64,000 nt of DNA, taken from the human T2T-CHM13v2.0 reference genome, Homo sapiens. The stretch lies in assembly GCF_009914755.1 (NCBI RefSeq), contig NC_060936.1, one strand, 5' to 3'. Made by a program: the position numbers and the translations under genes. Shown here piece by piece: positions 14,674 through 29,229 of this stretch; the first letter of the stretch is position 1, and each line of letters opens with the position of its first letter. The notes under the pieces were generated by a model that worked only from the letters and a program-made list of their open reading frames with translations, searched no databases and was not told the origin of the DNA.

Positions 14674-16725
14674 TCAGAAAAATCAAAAAAAGAGAAAAAA
14701 GCTTTATTCAGAATAAAGAGAGCCATTACATCATGAGAAGTGTTTCACTGCTTTAAGATATACAAATTCTAAATGTATATGTAACAGCCTCAAAATAAAC
14801 ATAATTTACAAAACTACAGGGAGAAATTAACAATACACTATCTTAGTGGGAGATTTCAACACACTGCTTAATTACTGAAAGGGCAAACTGACAAAATTTG
14901 TAAGGATATAAGTTTTGAAACCTGTAATCAACAAGCCTGATCTAATAGACATACATAAAATAGAAAATATATTCTTTTTGAGCATATATGGAATATTAAC
15001 ATACCAGTTTCCTCAACTGTTTTCAGATTATATGGTTTTCATATCCCCATTCTGTTTCTAAAATATAGCCTAAATTTACAGTTTTGGCTTTTAAAAAACT
15101 ATTATTATCTTGGCTTACACTGAACTTATGTTTAACTAAAAACCCCACACTCACCCATCCTCCAGAGGCTTAGGGTCTCCTATGATCCCACCATATTTGA
15201 CATGCTATTATTGTATTGTATTATACTTCAAGCTGTTATCTTATTGTATGATACCTCTAACTACATGTCTCCAATAAACAATGAGCTCCTTGGGGACAGT
15301 ACAGTATATTTTTAATCTTTATCTCCTCAATACCCAGCACAGTGACTGGCATATAGTAAGTGCAAAAAAAAAAATGTTAAATGAATTCATTGATATTTTA
15401 AAGGTAAAGAAAACAAACTGCAGAAGACAAAATGAGGTAAGTGATGATATAGCAGAAAGAAAGATTATAGGTAGGAAAGATGGAGCAAGTATGTAATAAT
15501 GATATAGCTGTTTGTCCTTGGCTCATACCCTCAGCAAACCATAAAGTAACATTTAATTACATATTCTACAAGTGGATGGCTAGAGGAGACCTCTGAAAAT
15601 AATCCAGTTAGTAAGAGCTCCTAGACAGAACAGAACATCAGTTAGCCAAAACATTTTTTTCCTTTGAAATCTTCACACTACAATGCAGTCAGTGATTCGT
15701 TCTGTAGCCTAAGGACCTGCCTCTTCCCTGTTCCTTTATGCCTCCTTCTTCAAAAAGAGATGAACATGAGAACCAACTACCACTTCCTGACTGATCAGAC
15801 ATAAAAGAGAAACATTCCTAGGAGGAAATAGTTGGCAAGAGAACTTCCCTGGCCAGAAAAACCTCGGGCAACTGTAGACCAATTCCCACAATCATTACAG
15901 CATGAGAAACTAGACTCATACTACCAGAAACTTGGAGGCTGTAAATCTGATCATTACACATTATATACAGGTAACAAAATATCACATGTACTCCCAAAAT
16001 ATGTGCAACTATTATATATAAATAAAAAATAAAGAAATAATTTTAAGTTACCTTGTGAAATTTCCAAGCAGATGACTGTTGTTTCTGAGTCAACTAGTAA
16101 ATAGAATCTTTCTGAGAACTACCAGAAAAGGGAAAAGCTAAAAAACAAAACAACTTCCCATTCCCAGGTAATTCCTTCAGACAGAGCTTCCAACGTTTAA
16201 CATTGGCTAAATGTGAATAAACATGGGTTTTAGAAAAAAAATACAGTTGTCATTCCAAATTCACACTTTTAATTGGTATGGATGGAATCAATGGGCATAC
16301 AATCCCTCTTTTAAGACATTTCTGTGCACAAAGAAAATATTCTCAGATTTATTTAGGTTACTGGCAAGGGACTAATTGTGGCTAGAATGACAGATATACC
16401 TTCTTCTGGAGAATTTTAATTAAAGTGCAGAGACCTCTCTTTCTGGGAGGGAGTGAGTAAGTCCTTACCCAAAAATAATGAAGCAACCCACATGACCTCT
16501 GAAAGCTGAGCAAACCAAGGGTAAAATCAAAAGGAAATAAAAACAAGCAGAAAAGTCTGATGGCTGAAAAGAGCTACATCTGTATGCATTAAATTAAATC
16601 ATTTCCCTCGCTTATAGGCTGGATATTTTTTCCAACCCCTGGAGGCAGAAATAGTAGTACTCTTAAAGTAGAATTTATAATTAATAATAGATAATGAATT
16701 TATCTCTAAATAAAACAGACTCCTA

Positions 16726-17037
16726 TTTATTTTATTTTTATTTATTTATTTATTTTGAGACAAGGTCTCTCTCTGTCACCCAGGCTGGAATGCAGTGCTG
16801 CAATCCTGGCTCACTACAACCTTGACCTCCCTGTTCAAGCAATCATCCCACTTCAGCCTCCCTATCAGTTGAGACTACAGGCGTGCACCACCACACCTGG
16901 CTAATTTTTGTATTTTTAGTAGAGACGGGGTTTTGCCATGTTGCCTAGGCTGGTCTTGAACTCCTGGGCTCAAGAGATCCACCCACCTCAGCCTCCCAAA
17001 GTGCTGGGAATGCAGGCGTGAACCACCGCACCAGGCC
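16726..17037 (-). mobile_element. AluJ-like
   Basis: (TTTA)n tail followed by reverse-complement Alu. Confidence 0.9.
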
Positions 17038-17539
17038 AGAGATCCCTAATTCTAATCCCTAATCCTTCAGACAGTGATCATGACCACAAATAAAAATTCG
17101 TAAAGAGACATACTGGTTTGTAACCTAATAGGACTAAAATGGGAAAATATAAATTTAACAATATATTTTTCTATTTAAGAGTCTAATATCACAATTGTAT
17201 CTTTTCCATACTAAATCTGTGATGTTGGGAAAGTCGTTTCTCTGGCCTAACTACAAAATTGAGATAATAATAGTACTAACCTCATAGGGTTTATTTTAAA
17301 ATTAACTGATTTAATAAAGCAAAATGCTCAGTACAAAGTTATATGCAATAAAGGTTAGCCATCATTATCATCATTATTAATGTTATTTATTCAACACCTG
17401 ACACCAAGTACATACTCAGTAATGATTGGCTATCGCCATTTTCATCATCATTATTTATTACTGCTTAATTGTTGAAAGAAGTTCACCAGTAAGATAGTCA
17501 CTTCAGAAAAAAATGAATTTAAATATCTTCACAAAGAAA

Positions 17540-18080
17540 TGTATTCATTCCACAAATATTTACTGACCAGCTACTTTGTGCCAGGCTTGATCTAAGAGCA
17601 AACAAAACTAATACTCTTCCAGGAGGGAATGGGGAGGAGACAAATCACAAGCAATAAGCATAGTAAATCCATAAATTACATAGCACGCTAAGGGATAAAC
17701 ACTATAGAAAAAAGGAAACATAAAACACGGCTCTACAGTGGGACCGTGTTCACTATGTTCCAAGACCTGCAAGGAAGCTAATATGGCTGGCAGGAGCCAG
17801 GAAGGAGGTAAGTGATTGGCAAGGACATCTGAACCATTAAGGAATGGAAGGCCAGACCTGCAGGGCCTCCCAAGTCATAGGAAACACTCTGGTTTCCATT
17901 CTGAGTGAGATGGGAGCATTGGGAGCACAGGTAGCTCAACGTGATCTGGTTTATTTCTAAAAAGATCCCTCTGGCTGCTGGGTTGAGAATAGATAGACTG
18001 GTGGGGAAGAGAGAGACAGAAGTGGGAAGACCACTTTGGAAACTAGCACAGCAATCCAGGTAAGAAAAGTGAGGGTCCAT
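17540..18080 (-). mobile_element. L2 3' fragment
   Basis: attcattccacaaatatttactga..ctactttgtgccaggc, plus L2 body motif aaagatccctctggctgctg. Confidence 0.75.
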
Positions 18081-18669
18081 AAATATGTTTCTCAAAAGCT
18101 ATCAATCTCCCAACTAGGGAGCACAGCAGGAAATTTCAGAGGAGATACAAACAGTTGCTCTTTTTTGAGAGCTGTTATATTGATTTTGGAGTGGAATTAT
18201 ATATGGCAATATAGTAATGACCATAAATATAGTGCAGTTAAGTACTTCAGAGCCCGAAAACTAGACCCTGCCTGGCACGGAGTAAACACTGAATATTCAC
18301 TTACTGAGTTCAGTAAATATGAATGTACTCAACTTCTTGGTGGAAAATGTTATCCAAACATGATTTTTAATAGGAAAAAATAAGACATAGAAAAAGCCTT
18401 GAAAAAAAAACAAGAGACTGTGGTTACCCTCTACTCTTACAGTACACTGTTTGTTACACATTAATTTATATTCACTCATCCTTTTTTAAACAAGTATAAC
18501 TGACCACCCACTGTGTGTCAAGTACCACATTACCTTCTAGTTGAATCCCTTCACTACGTCTTAAGGGGAAAGAGAAGAATAAATGTGTGGGAATATTCTG
18601 GGTAAGTTCACATTTCGTTACTAAACATGAAAAGAATTTCAGGATAAGGATCTGGAACTACTGAGTGGT

Positions 18670-19207
18670 AGTAGCTGGGACTACAGGCACTTGCCACCAT
18701 GCCTGGGTAATTTTTGTCTTTTTGTAGAGACAGGGTTTCGCCACGTTTCCCACTCTGGTCTCAAGCACGTTTGCTCAAGCAATCCTCTTGCCTCGGGCTC
18801 CCAAAGTGCTGGGATTACAGGTATGAGCCACCATGCCCAGCCCATTGCAACCATCTTAATTTATCAAAATACATGTGAAAGATTTAAATGCATTTGAATC
18901 ACCCTAAGGGTGTTATTCTCAAAATTTCACAAATATTATACAAAGAAAATATCCCTCTTCTCTTTAAGAAATATATATATATGCACTATTAGACCAGCCT
19001 GGCCAACACGGTGAAACCTCATCTCTACTAAAAATACAAAAATTAGCCAGGCATGGTGGTGCACACCTGTAATCTTAGCTACTCAGGAGGCTAAGGCCTG
19101 AGAATCACTTGAACCTGGGAGGTGGAGGTTGCAGTGAGCCGAGATTACACCACTGCACTCCGGCCTGGGTAACAGAGCAAGACTCTGTCTCAAAAAAAAC
19201 AAAAAAG
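18670..19207. mobile_element. Two partial Alus in inverted orientation (18670-18843 minus; 18991-19207 plus)
   Basis: Partial Alu consensus on opposite strands about 150 bp apart. Confidence 0.85.
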
Positions 19208-19719
19208 AAGATATATATATATTCATTGTTCGAAAATCCATGTTAAATGAAATATATGTCAAAAAATAATAATTGAAATTGTAGTCATTTGAAATCTTAG
19301 TCATTGATTCTATGTTCCACTGTAATAAAACAAAACACATAGGAAAGGATTTCAACAATACCCATACATTGCAAAGTATTTCCTTTCCCACCCAGAATCA
19401 ACCTGCACTGATTCTACTTATGAACCCAGCCAAGCACAATGTGTTCAGTCCATGCCAATGTCCTGCTGCAGGCATCAGAGGGTAGGTGAGAAGTCAAAGC
19501 TGGAACACAATGTCATATGTGGGGAATCCAAATCACTGCCTCTGCAGTCTGAAGACAGCAGCTCTCCGTGATTTACAGCAGGTTTCACAAGATTCCTATA
19601 ATGCTCTCCTAGTTGTTGTCTTTTTTGTACATATGTTGGTATTTATTCTCCTAATTATTAAAAATTCTGCAAGAAAGATAGTCTTTACTTTCAGAATGTA
19701 AGTGCATTTGGTGATACCA

Positions 19720-20340
19720 CCCAGAAAACCAGTTGCTTGGTAAGGGACATTCAATGGACCTGCTGACATCTTAAGACCATAATATCAACCCCAAATTAAA
19801 CTATTCACGAAAGGTGCCATGGATATCAGTTACAGTTTAGTCTTTTTCTTTCCCTTTTAGAGATTTCTCTTTCCCAAGTACAACTCTTAAACATGGCATG
19901 AAGAACCAAAGGAAGTCCTCCACCACCCAAGGAAAGGTATGAGACCTAACTAAGCTGGCTTCTTTCTCTCCCATTACCCCCAGACACAGTTCTTGATCCA
20001 AAGAACAAGTACTTAACCCAAGCAGGGCCAAAGTGCTTTTACAAAGGCACATATGCCACACAGGTTCTACTTCCTTCTAAAATCAAGCATCATGAGGAAA
20101 AGTGTAGGCCTAGAAACCATTCTTCACCACCATGGCTGGGAAAAAATCTGCCAGAGAACAAAGCCTACAAGAAGGAGAGAAGCCAAGAAAGAGAGGCAAA
20201 ATCCTGGTGTCATCAATGGAGCCCTTGGTTCCAGTTGTACCTAAAGCCAGATCCCTCTCTTGAACTTCCCAGCAATGCAAACCATCCAGCTTCTATTTTG
20301 CTTATTTGGGTTTCTGTTCCTTTCAGTAGAAGTAAATGTA
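19720..20340. mobile_element. Probable MaLR (MLT1) LTR remnant
   Basis: gagcccttggttccagttgtacctaaagccagatccctctcttgaacttcccag resembles the MLT1 3' region; boundaries uncertain. Confidence 0.5.
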
Positions 20341-22832
20341 GCCATGAAGGTCACACAGCTAGTAAAGAACTAATAAAGTACAAGTAACCAAAAAAATCCA
20401 TACCTGCCACATACTAAAAAATAAAATGTTCATTTTGTCATTGATTTATTCATTCAACAAATATTTATTGAGTGTTGATTATGAACCACGCACTGTTCTA
20501 GGCACTGGGGATAAAGCAGTGTACATGACAGACCAAATCTACAGCTTAAATTTTAATGTTAGAGCCATTATTGCATGTTAGCACAAGTACTCCCAAGCTT
20601 GGGTCCAAGCTTGGGTCCAAGGGATAGCCTTCAAGGAATCTTGAAGACCCTCAAATATATGTAAAATCTTGCGGTTAGGCATAGTAATGGAAAGCTGCAC
20701 AAAAAATTTTCTCAGACTCTTAAAGGCACCTATGACCCCAGAAAACATTAAGAAAAACTCTTAAAGCATAAGCATAACTTGGCATCAATATGTCTCAAAA
20801 TGATTATGGAAATTCTGATCTCTTAACTCTAACACAGAGGTGTGTTCAAAGAGAACACACTCTATTCAACAGGCATTTCACAGAAATACTACACGCCTTT
20901 ACAATACGTTATGAGGTTAACTCCTTTAATAATCCTTTTTCCTATGAAAACAAAACTAACAGCTAACAACTGGAGTCTTAACCACCTGTATTCTGCCCTT
21001 CATTTGAGTGGGTGGTGAACATCTCAGTCTCTACTTTCTGATTCCTTTTGAAGCATATGTTTCATCCCTGCACTTCCTGGACCCAAAAGGAAAGGCATCT
21101 CCTCTCATCTGCAAAATAGTTTTCTTCTAAACTGATACTGATCAGATTCCTCTCTGGTTAAAAGGAAAAACAGGAACCAGGGATGCTGCTTTTCCTTATT
21201 CAAAAAATGCCTTCCAGAGATGTCTAAACAGCAGCTAATTTCATTATAATTATTTTGTCCCTAAACGTCCCCTAAGAATGTGACTCAGTGGCTTATGGTC
21301 TGGCTGTTCCTACTTATAGACTCCCAAAAGTAGATTCCTTTTCAATGCAAAACAACTTATTTCTCAACCTTCAGCTATTCTGTGGAATGAAACTGAAGGT
21401 TATGTAATCAAATGTACACAATGAATTTTTTTAACCTGCCCAAATAATTCACTGATCCATATTCTCCAGGTACCCACTACCTCACTCTTCCCTATGAAAT
21501 ATCTCCCTAGGAACAGGCAATCTCATTTGACATTTTGGTAAGATTTTACCAATTCTCCCCAAGTGTGTATGACCTTCTATCCATATCTGCCTTTCTCACT
21601 CTCTTTTATAATGTCAGGTTTTAAAGATATTTTGAGTAAAACTTACCCAAAATATTTTCAACTGGTTTTCAGGGGCTTGGCGGGGGTTGGGGGAGTAGTT
21701 TAGCAGCTGTTCTTACGGCTTGATGGCCTTGCTAATCTGATGATTTCCAACCAAACCTAATCATGAAAGAGACAAACCTCCATAGTTACCTCATCCTGTT
21801 GGGCATGCTATAAATAACGAGCGTAGATTTAATAATAGACTCCCTCTTTCCCACACTCCAATACAGATTTCAGCTTTTCTTTTTTCAGTTTTCTTAGCTT
21901 TGCACATTAAGTCATAATGCCATTCATAATTATAAATTACATGGAAAAATACATCCATTAGAAGACAAACAATTCTTCAACTGTGTGTTGTTTCTGGATT
22001 GTACACTAAGGGCTTTGTCACTGAAAGGCCACATCCACGCAAGATGATGGCATCTCCTGCCAGGGGAAGTAAGACTTATCCTAAATCATAAAAGAATAAA
22101 ATAACTTTCGCAATCTCACTTTGCCCTTGCTTTTGTCTAGTCTGAAGAAGGTCTGTGATGGGCACATGACTGAAAGGTTCACTCTGGAAGGAGATTTAGT
22201 ATTGCCAGTAGAACTACCCCATTCCTTTTTTAGTTTTCTTATAAAGTAATTTTGTGGATAGTTCCTACAGTGAATGGTTGCCTCAAATCCTTATAGCTTT
22301 TTTTTCATAGTGTCCTATATTTCAGTGTTAAATCAGTGAAATGACATCTCATCAGTTACCTGCTTTATTCAATGTTTGAAATGTAAAAAAAGCCATAAAG
22401 TGGGGACTCACTATTATCCCTGTGCCCAACCTTTTTCCTACTTCCCTTCTGCTCAGCACAGCCCGGCTCAGACATTCAGCCTCCCTTCCTTTCACACACC
22501 AATCAAAAGCCTCTTCCCTGACTGACTCGATTCCAAGAACTTGGCAGTCCAGGGCTGTCGCTGGGCCAGTCTCTGCATGAGCATTCCAAGCGTTGCCTAA
22601 AGACTTGCTAAGCAGCAGAAGTTTTCTTTAAAGGACTTGGGATTTAAAAACAGGAACAAAAAGGATGTGATAGGAACTGTTTTATTTTCTCTCCCTTAAT
22701 GTTACATTCCTTTCATGTATGGACATCTTGACTTAGACACATAACTGTGTTTAGTATTTCACCCTTTAACTTCCCTGAATGCTGCTGGAGTTTGAAGAAA
22801 CAGCTAGACCAGTTTCATTTTTTGTTTGGTTT

Positions 22833-22968
22833 CATTTATTTATTTATTTTTATAGACAGGATCTCACTATGCTTCCCAGGCTGGTCTCAAACTCCTGGGC
22901 GCAAGCAATCCTCCTGCCTCAGCCTCCCAAAATGCTGGCATTACAGGCATGAGCCACCACACCTGGTC
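22833..22968 (-). mobile_element. FLAM / Alu left monomer
   Basis: Reverse-complement monomer. Confidence 0.8.
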
Positions 22969-23264
22969 TGTTCTGTTTTTTTAAACAAACAATGAAGTTT
23001 AAATCCATGTCTCATCTCCTCTCTTGTGTTTTAAGTTACAAAAAAAAAAAAAAAAAAAAAAACAGAAAGATACTCTAATGACACTCCAAATATCATGACA
23101 GACCTGCTGAATTGTAGTCAGATATTTGGAGTGTAGTTTTAAAATGACTGCCTAAAACAAGATGTTTAATTTTGTATAGAACTTATTTCTATTTTCCAAA
23201 TATGTTTCTTCATTAATAAACACAAAATAAAATCAAGAAAATACCCGGATATGAAACTAATTCA

Positions 23265-24179
<915 letters not shown>

Positions 24180-24297
24180 GTAAAGAAATATAGAAAAATA
24201 ATCCGTTGGCACTAAAATGTGTCATATGATTCAATTCCTGCTAATAAATAGGTTTAGGTAACCTTATGATTTTACCATTTTAAAAAAAACCTAATAC

Positions 24298-24604
<307 letters not shown>

Positions 24605-25904
24605 TTAAATGTCTAGCTGTACCAGTACAGCTTACAGCTTACAGCTTTCCAGATACTCAAACAGGTATAATGTCATTTCTTAACTCCAAAGGACCACTGA
24701 GGAACACAAGAGAAGTGTTATCAGTACTCCCAATATAAAGATGAAGAATTTAATTCAGACGTTAAATGATGTTTTCAATTTCTCAGAATTTCTTCAGGAC
24801 AGAACAGAATTCAGACCCAAGGGCTTGAGCAGCTCTCTCTGCAAACAACACTGCCTTTAAAAAGCCACTATCAAACATCTATTTATTCAATGATTTGACT
24901 TTAACTTTGAAATTAAATTTGATTTTCTAGATAGTCATGTCATAACCAACCAACGTCTTCAATAGTACAACATGGACCTGAGTTTTAAATACTTAAAACA
25001 GAAGAAACAAAAATGGTTGAAGATACTGACTTTTAAGAATGCAAAAAGCTTACTTTGACTTTTCAAAAAAGTTACATAAAGATCACATTTCAAATATTAT
25101 GTTAATTATTAATTATAATTCATATTTAGTTGTAGCATAAAATAAATTATATTTGTTTTACTGGGGAATTTTTAATAAAAAGCATTTTAGCAGTAAGATT
25201 TTCTAATTTCTGAGATCTAAATTAACAATTCCTTACTTTTAAATTTTACATTTTAAATTTTGAAAATTTTAAACCCTGCTTATATAACACCTTGCTTTGT
25301 GTTCATCTCTATCACAATAATTATTAATTCATGCTTGTTGTGTACACATAAAGAGCCACAATTATTCATAGACACAAGATAAGCTACTTGCATCTAAGCT
25401 AAAAGTGGGAATATTCACAAATTTACTGTGAGAAATATTCATAAACATATGCTTTCATGAATGAGATTCATTTATCAAAGTTCTGTGATTCTGAATAATG
25501 TGCTTATTTGGGAAGTTTGTTTCAGAAACTCCCCTCCCTTTTTAAATCTCGTAGCAGCATTACTGAGGTATAATTTAGCCACACCAAACTGCTGCCTTTC
25601 CTCTTTGACCCCTCACCATTACCCCCATCCTTGATTTCCTTAGAATCCTTTTTTTCATTAGCTGATGTCAAGGTGAAGTTTAGACCAGACCAGAGCTTTG
25701 AGGCTTTGTGGCATGTAAAAGGACTCGGATAATTCTCCTTTCCATCAGGAAGTGTACGCCACCTGAAAGAGTCCTAAAATAAAGCCCCAGAACAATGAAC
25801 TGGAAATAAGAATAGTATAAATACCAAAATCATTAAAGGCTTCCAATTTTTATATCCTGCTTGTAAGGACTTAGGAAATGTGGCTTCGTGAAGGTAAAGG
25901 GGTG

Positions 25905-26355
25905 ATTTTATTTGGCCACAGTGTACATGTGTTGTCTCCGCCTATCCATCATCCACTGTCCTTCCTCTGGCAACAGAGCCCTACATGAAGAATGGAGAAC
26001 TGCTCTTCTCCTACTCGTGATGACGTCACCTTTGCCATCAGAGCAGCTGGACCATCATCGAGCCAGCCATTGCAACAGTAATAACCATAGTGTTTTTTTC
26101 TGGAGTTTAGGGGAATGAGGCACTCTTTTCAGCTCTGGTGTAAGAGGACAGAGGTAAGGCTGCGGCAGATAGCAGCCATGCCATAAACAAAACACCTGCG
26201 CAAGGGCAGGACTAATGCTGATGACGCCGCAGAATGAAGGAACCCAGGAGATTATGCCAAGATTTCTCAGTTACCTTAATCACAAGGTTCTCTTTTGGGG
26301 TGAAAATTGCTTGGGTTGGGTTTTCTCACTTTTGCAACCAAAAAGCACCCTAACT
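25905..26355. mobile_element. Probable MaLR (MLT1) LTR remnant
   Basis: ttgggttgggttttctcacttttgcaaccaaaagcaccctaactaata resembles the MLT1 terminus. Confidence 0.55.
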
Positions 26356-27056
26356 AATAAAACTAAGTGTAATAAACTTAGAAATAAAACTAGTGTCTTC
26401 AGTTACACCAGTTCTGTTGAAGGAATGAATTTCAAAATTAAAAATAAAAATAAATTAAAAATTACAAAATAGATACACCAGTTCTTTATCACATCCAGGA
26501 GTGTGGCACTTTGCAAGCTCTTCTCCACCACCAGGTACTCCAGAATCCCTAGAAATAGCAAACTAGCTCAGACTTCACCATCAAGAATTTATGTTAGCTA
26601 AAAAGAAATATTTTCTCACAGAGAAATTTTCAAATAAGAGTTTATAAAGTGGTTTATTCTTCAAAGTGTTTTTTAATGCTTTAATTTTTTAAAAGGTTTT
26701 CCAATAATTTGTATACACGTATATACTAAGTTTCCAATAAACAGTAAAATCTCCTTTTATGGCACAATTAAAAGAAGGGTAGGGCCTGAATAATTTTTAT
26801 TCATTAGGTAAATCTAAGAAGCAGAAATAAAATACACTCTTTATACCTTTTCAATCCCAATGACTTGTGTAAAAATCATTAATACTTACAAGAGAAGCAT
26901 GATAATTTGATTAGTTACTATTTAAAATTTGACAAGATTTTCCTAAACAAATTTGTTTATCTGTAAAATGGTTAATTATCCAAACTAGATAAGTGTTTTT
27001 GCCAATTCCTCTAACAGTCACAGAAGTTTAATCAGAATTCTTAGCCAATAGAATGG

Positions 27057-27342
27057 GACTCTAAGCACAGTAGCTCATGCCTGTAATCCCAGCACTCTGG
27101 GAGGCCGAGACGGGTGAATCAGTTGAGGTCAGGAGTTTGAGACCATCCTGGCCAACATGGTGAAACCTCATCTCCACCAAAAATTAGCCAGGCATGATGG
27201 TGCACGCCTCTAGTCCCCAGCTACTCAGGAGGCTGAGGCAGGAGAATCACTTGAACCTGGGAGGCAGAAGTTTCAGTAAGCCAAGATTGTGCCACTGCAC
27301 TCTAGCCTGGGTGACACGGTAAGACTCAGTCTCAAAAAAAAA
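27057..27342 (+). mobile_element. AluS
   Basis: Dimer with shortened linker and A-tail. Confidence 0.9.
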
Positions 27343-27814
27343 GGAAATCTCAGAGAAGGGATAGTAGCACCAGCTGTCCAATGAAAACATGCAAAAGATA
27401 TTCTAATGGTTCCAAAACAAACACTTGTTTTTAATCTCAAAAAATAAAACTAAATTGTTTCTTTCTATTACTATGTTCTAATCGGGATGAAATATTAGCA
27501 ACTAAAATAACATGTTGGTTTTAAAACATTTAAAAAGTTGAAAATTCTAGTCAAGGAAGATATTGTAAATATATGCTAAGCAATTCTAAGGTTATTATTA
27601 ATGTTGATGTAGTTCAGGTGTTTGCATTACATCAAAAGGATAGCATGCATCAAACCAGTAACAAAAGATAAATATAACTACCTGCAATTGAGTAGCGTGC
27701 ATTATCAAAGTAAGGGAGAAAAAAAAAGTCCAAAACCAAAATAAATAATAGATAAGGCAATATGCCTTTGAACAGCCTACTAAACAAATAACAGCTTAAA
27801 AACAGGTGTACTGT

Positions 27815-28181
<367 letters not shown>

Positions 28182-28239
28182 TTAGCCAAGCTTCCAAAAA
28201 GAAACTCATGCTGATTTTTCAGATATACTACTAATAATA

Positions 28240-28495
28240 TAAATAATAATAGCTTCCATGTATTTAATACTTTAGGTATCTGATGCTATGAGCCTGACAC
28301 TTACTAAGTGTTTTACATATGTTAGTTGCCATTAACGTCATGGTGATACTATAAACTGGACAATAATCCTGCTTTACAGATAAGGAAACTGAGGTGTTCA
28401 GTATTAAATAACTTCTGAAGATCACACCATGAGAGAGTGGAGTCATCATATAAAACCAGGTTTGTCGGAACCAAAAGCCCATGTTAACTATATGC
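28240..28495 (-). mobile_element. MIR
   Basis: Core tttacagataaggaaactgagg. Confidence 0.8.
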
Positions 28496-28934
28496 TAAAG
28501 CATTTTTCATTCCCTCAACATACTTCTTGAGTATCTACTATGTGACAGACATCGTGAAAGACCTGAGGACATGATTATTAGCAAAGCCAGACATAGTCAC
28601 AGCCCTTACAGAGTTTAAAGTATAGTGGGTGAAACAAACATAATCCAATATTCACAAAAATAGAAGCAAAATTAAAACTATAATTGCGGTAAGTTTTGTG
28701 AAGGAAAAGAATATGGTGCTATCTGAGTATATAGTAAAGGGGCCTCACATAGTCTGGGAGATCAGGAACAGTTCACTATAGATGAGTCAGAAAGCTGGAA
28801 ATCCACATAATAAACAGGTGAGAGGTGTGCAGGTAAGATGGGAAATTGACCAGACAGAGGGAAAAGCACATAAAAAGGCTCGGTGGCGAAAGGGAACTCA
28901 GAATGTCTGTGTAACTATAAAGGTGAAAAAGGTC

Positions 28935-29229
<295 letters not shown>

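Noticed and set aside
20592-20621. 12-bp tandem CCAAGCTTGGGT containing HindIII palindromes
   Set aside because: Simple micro-duplication with no other vector or linker sequence.
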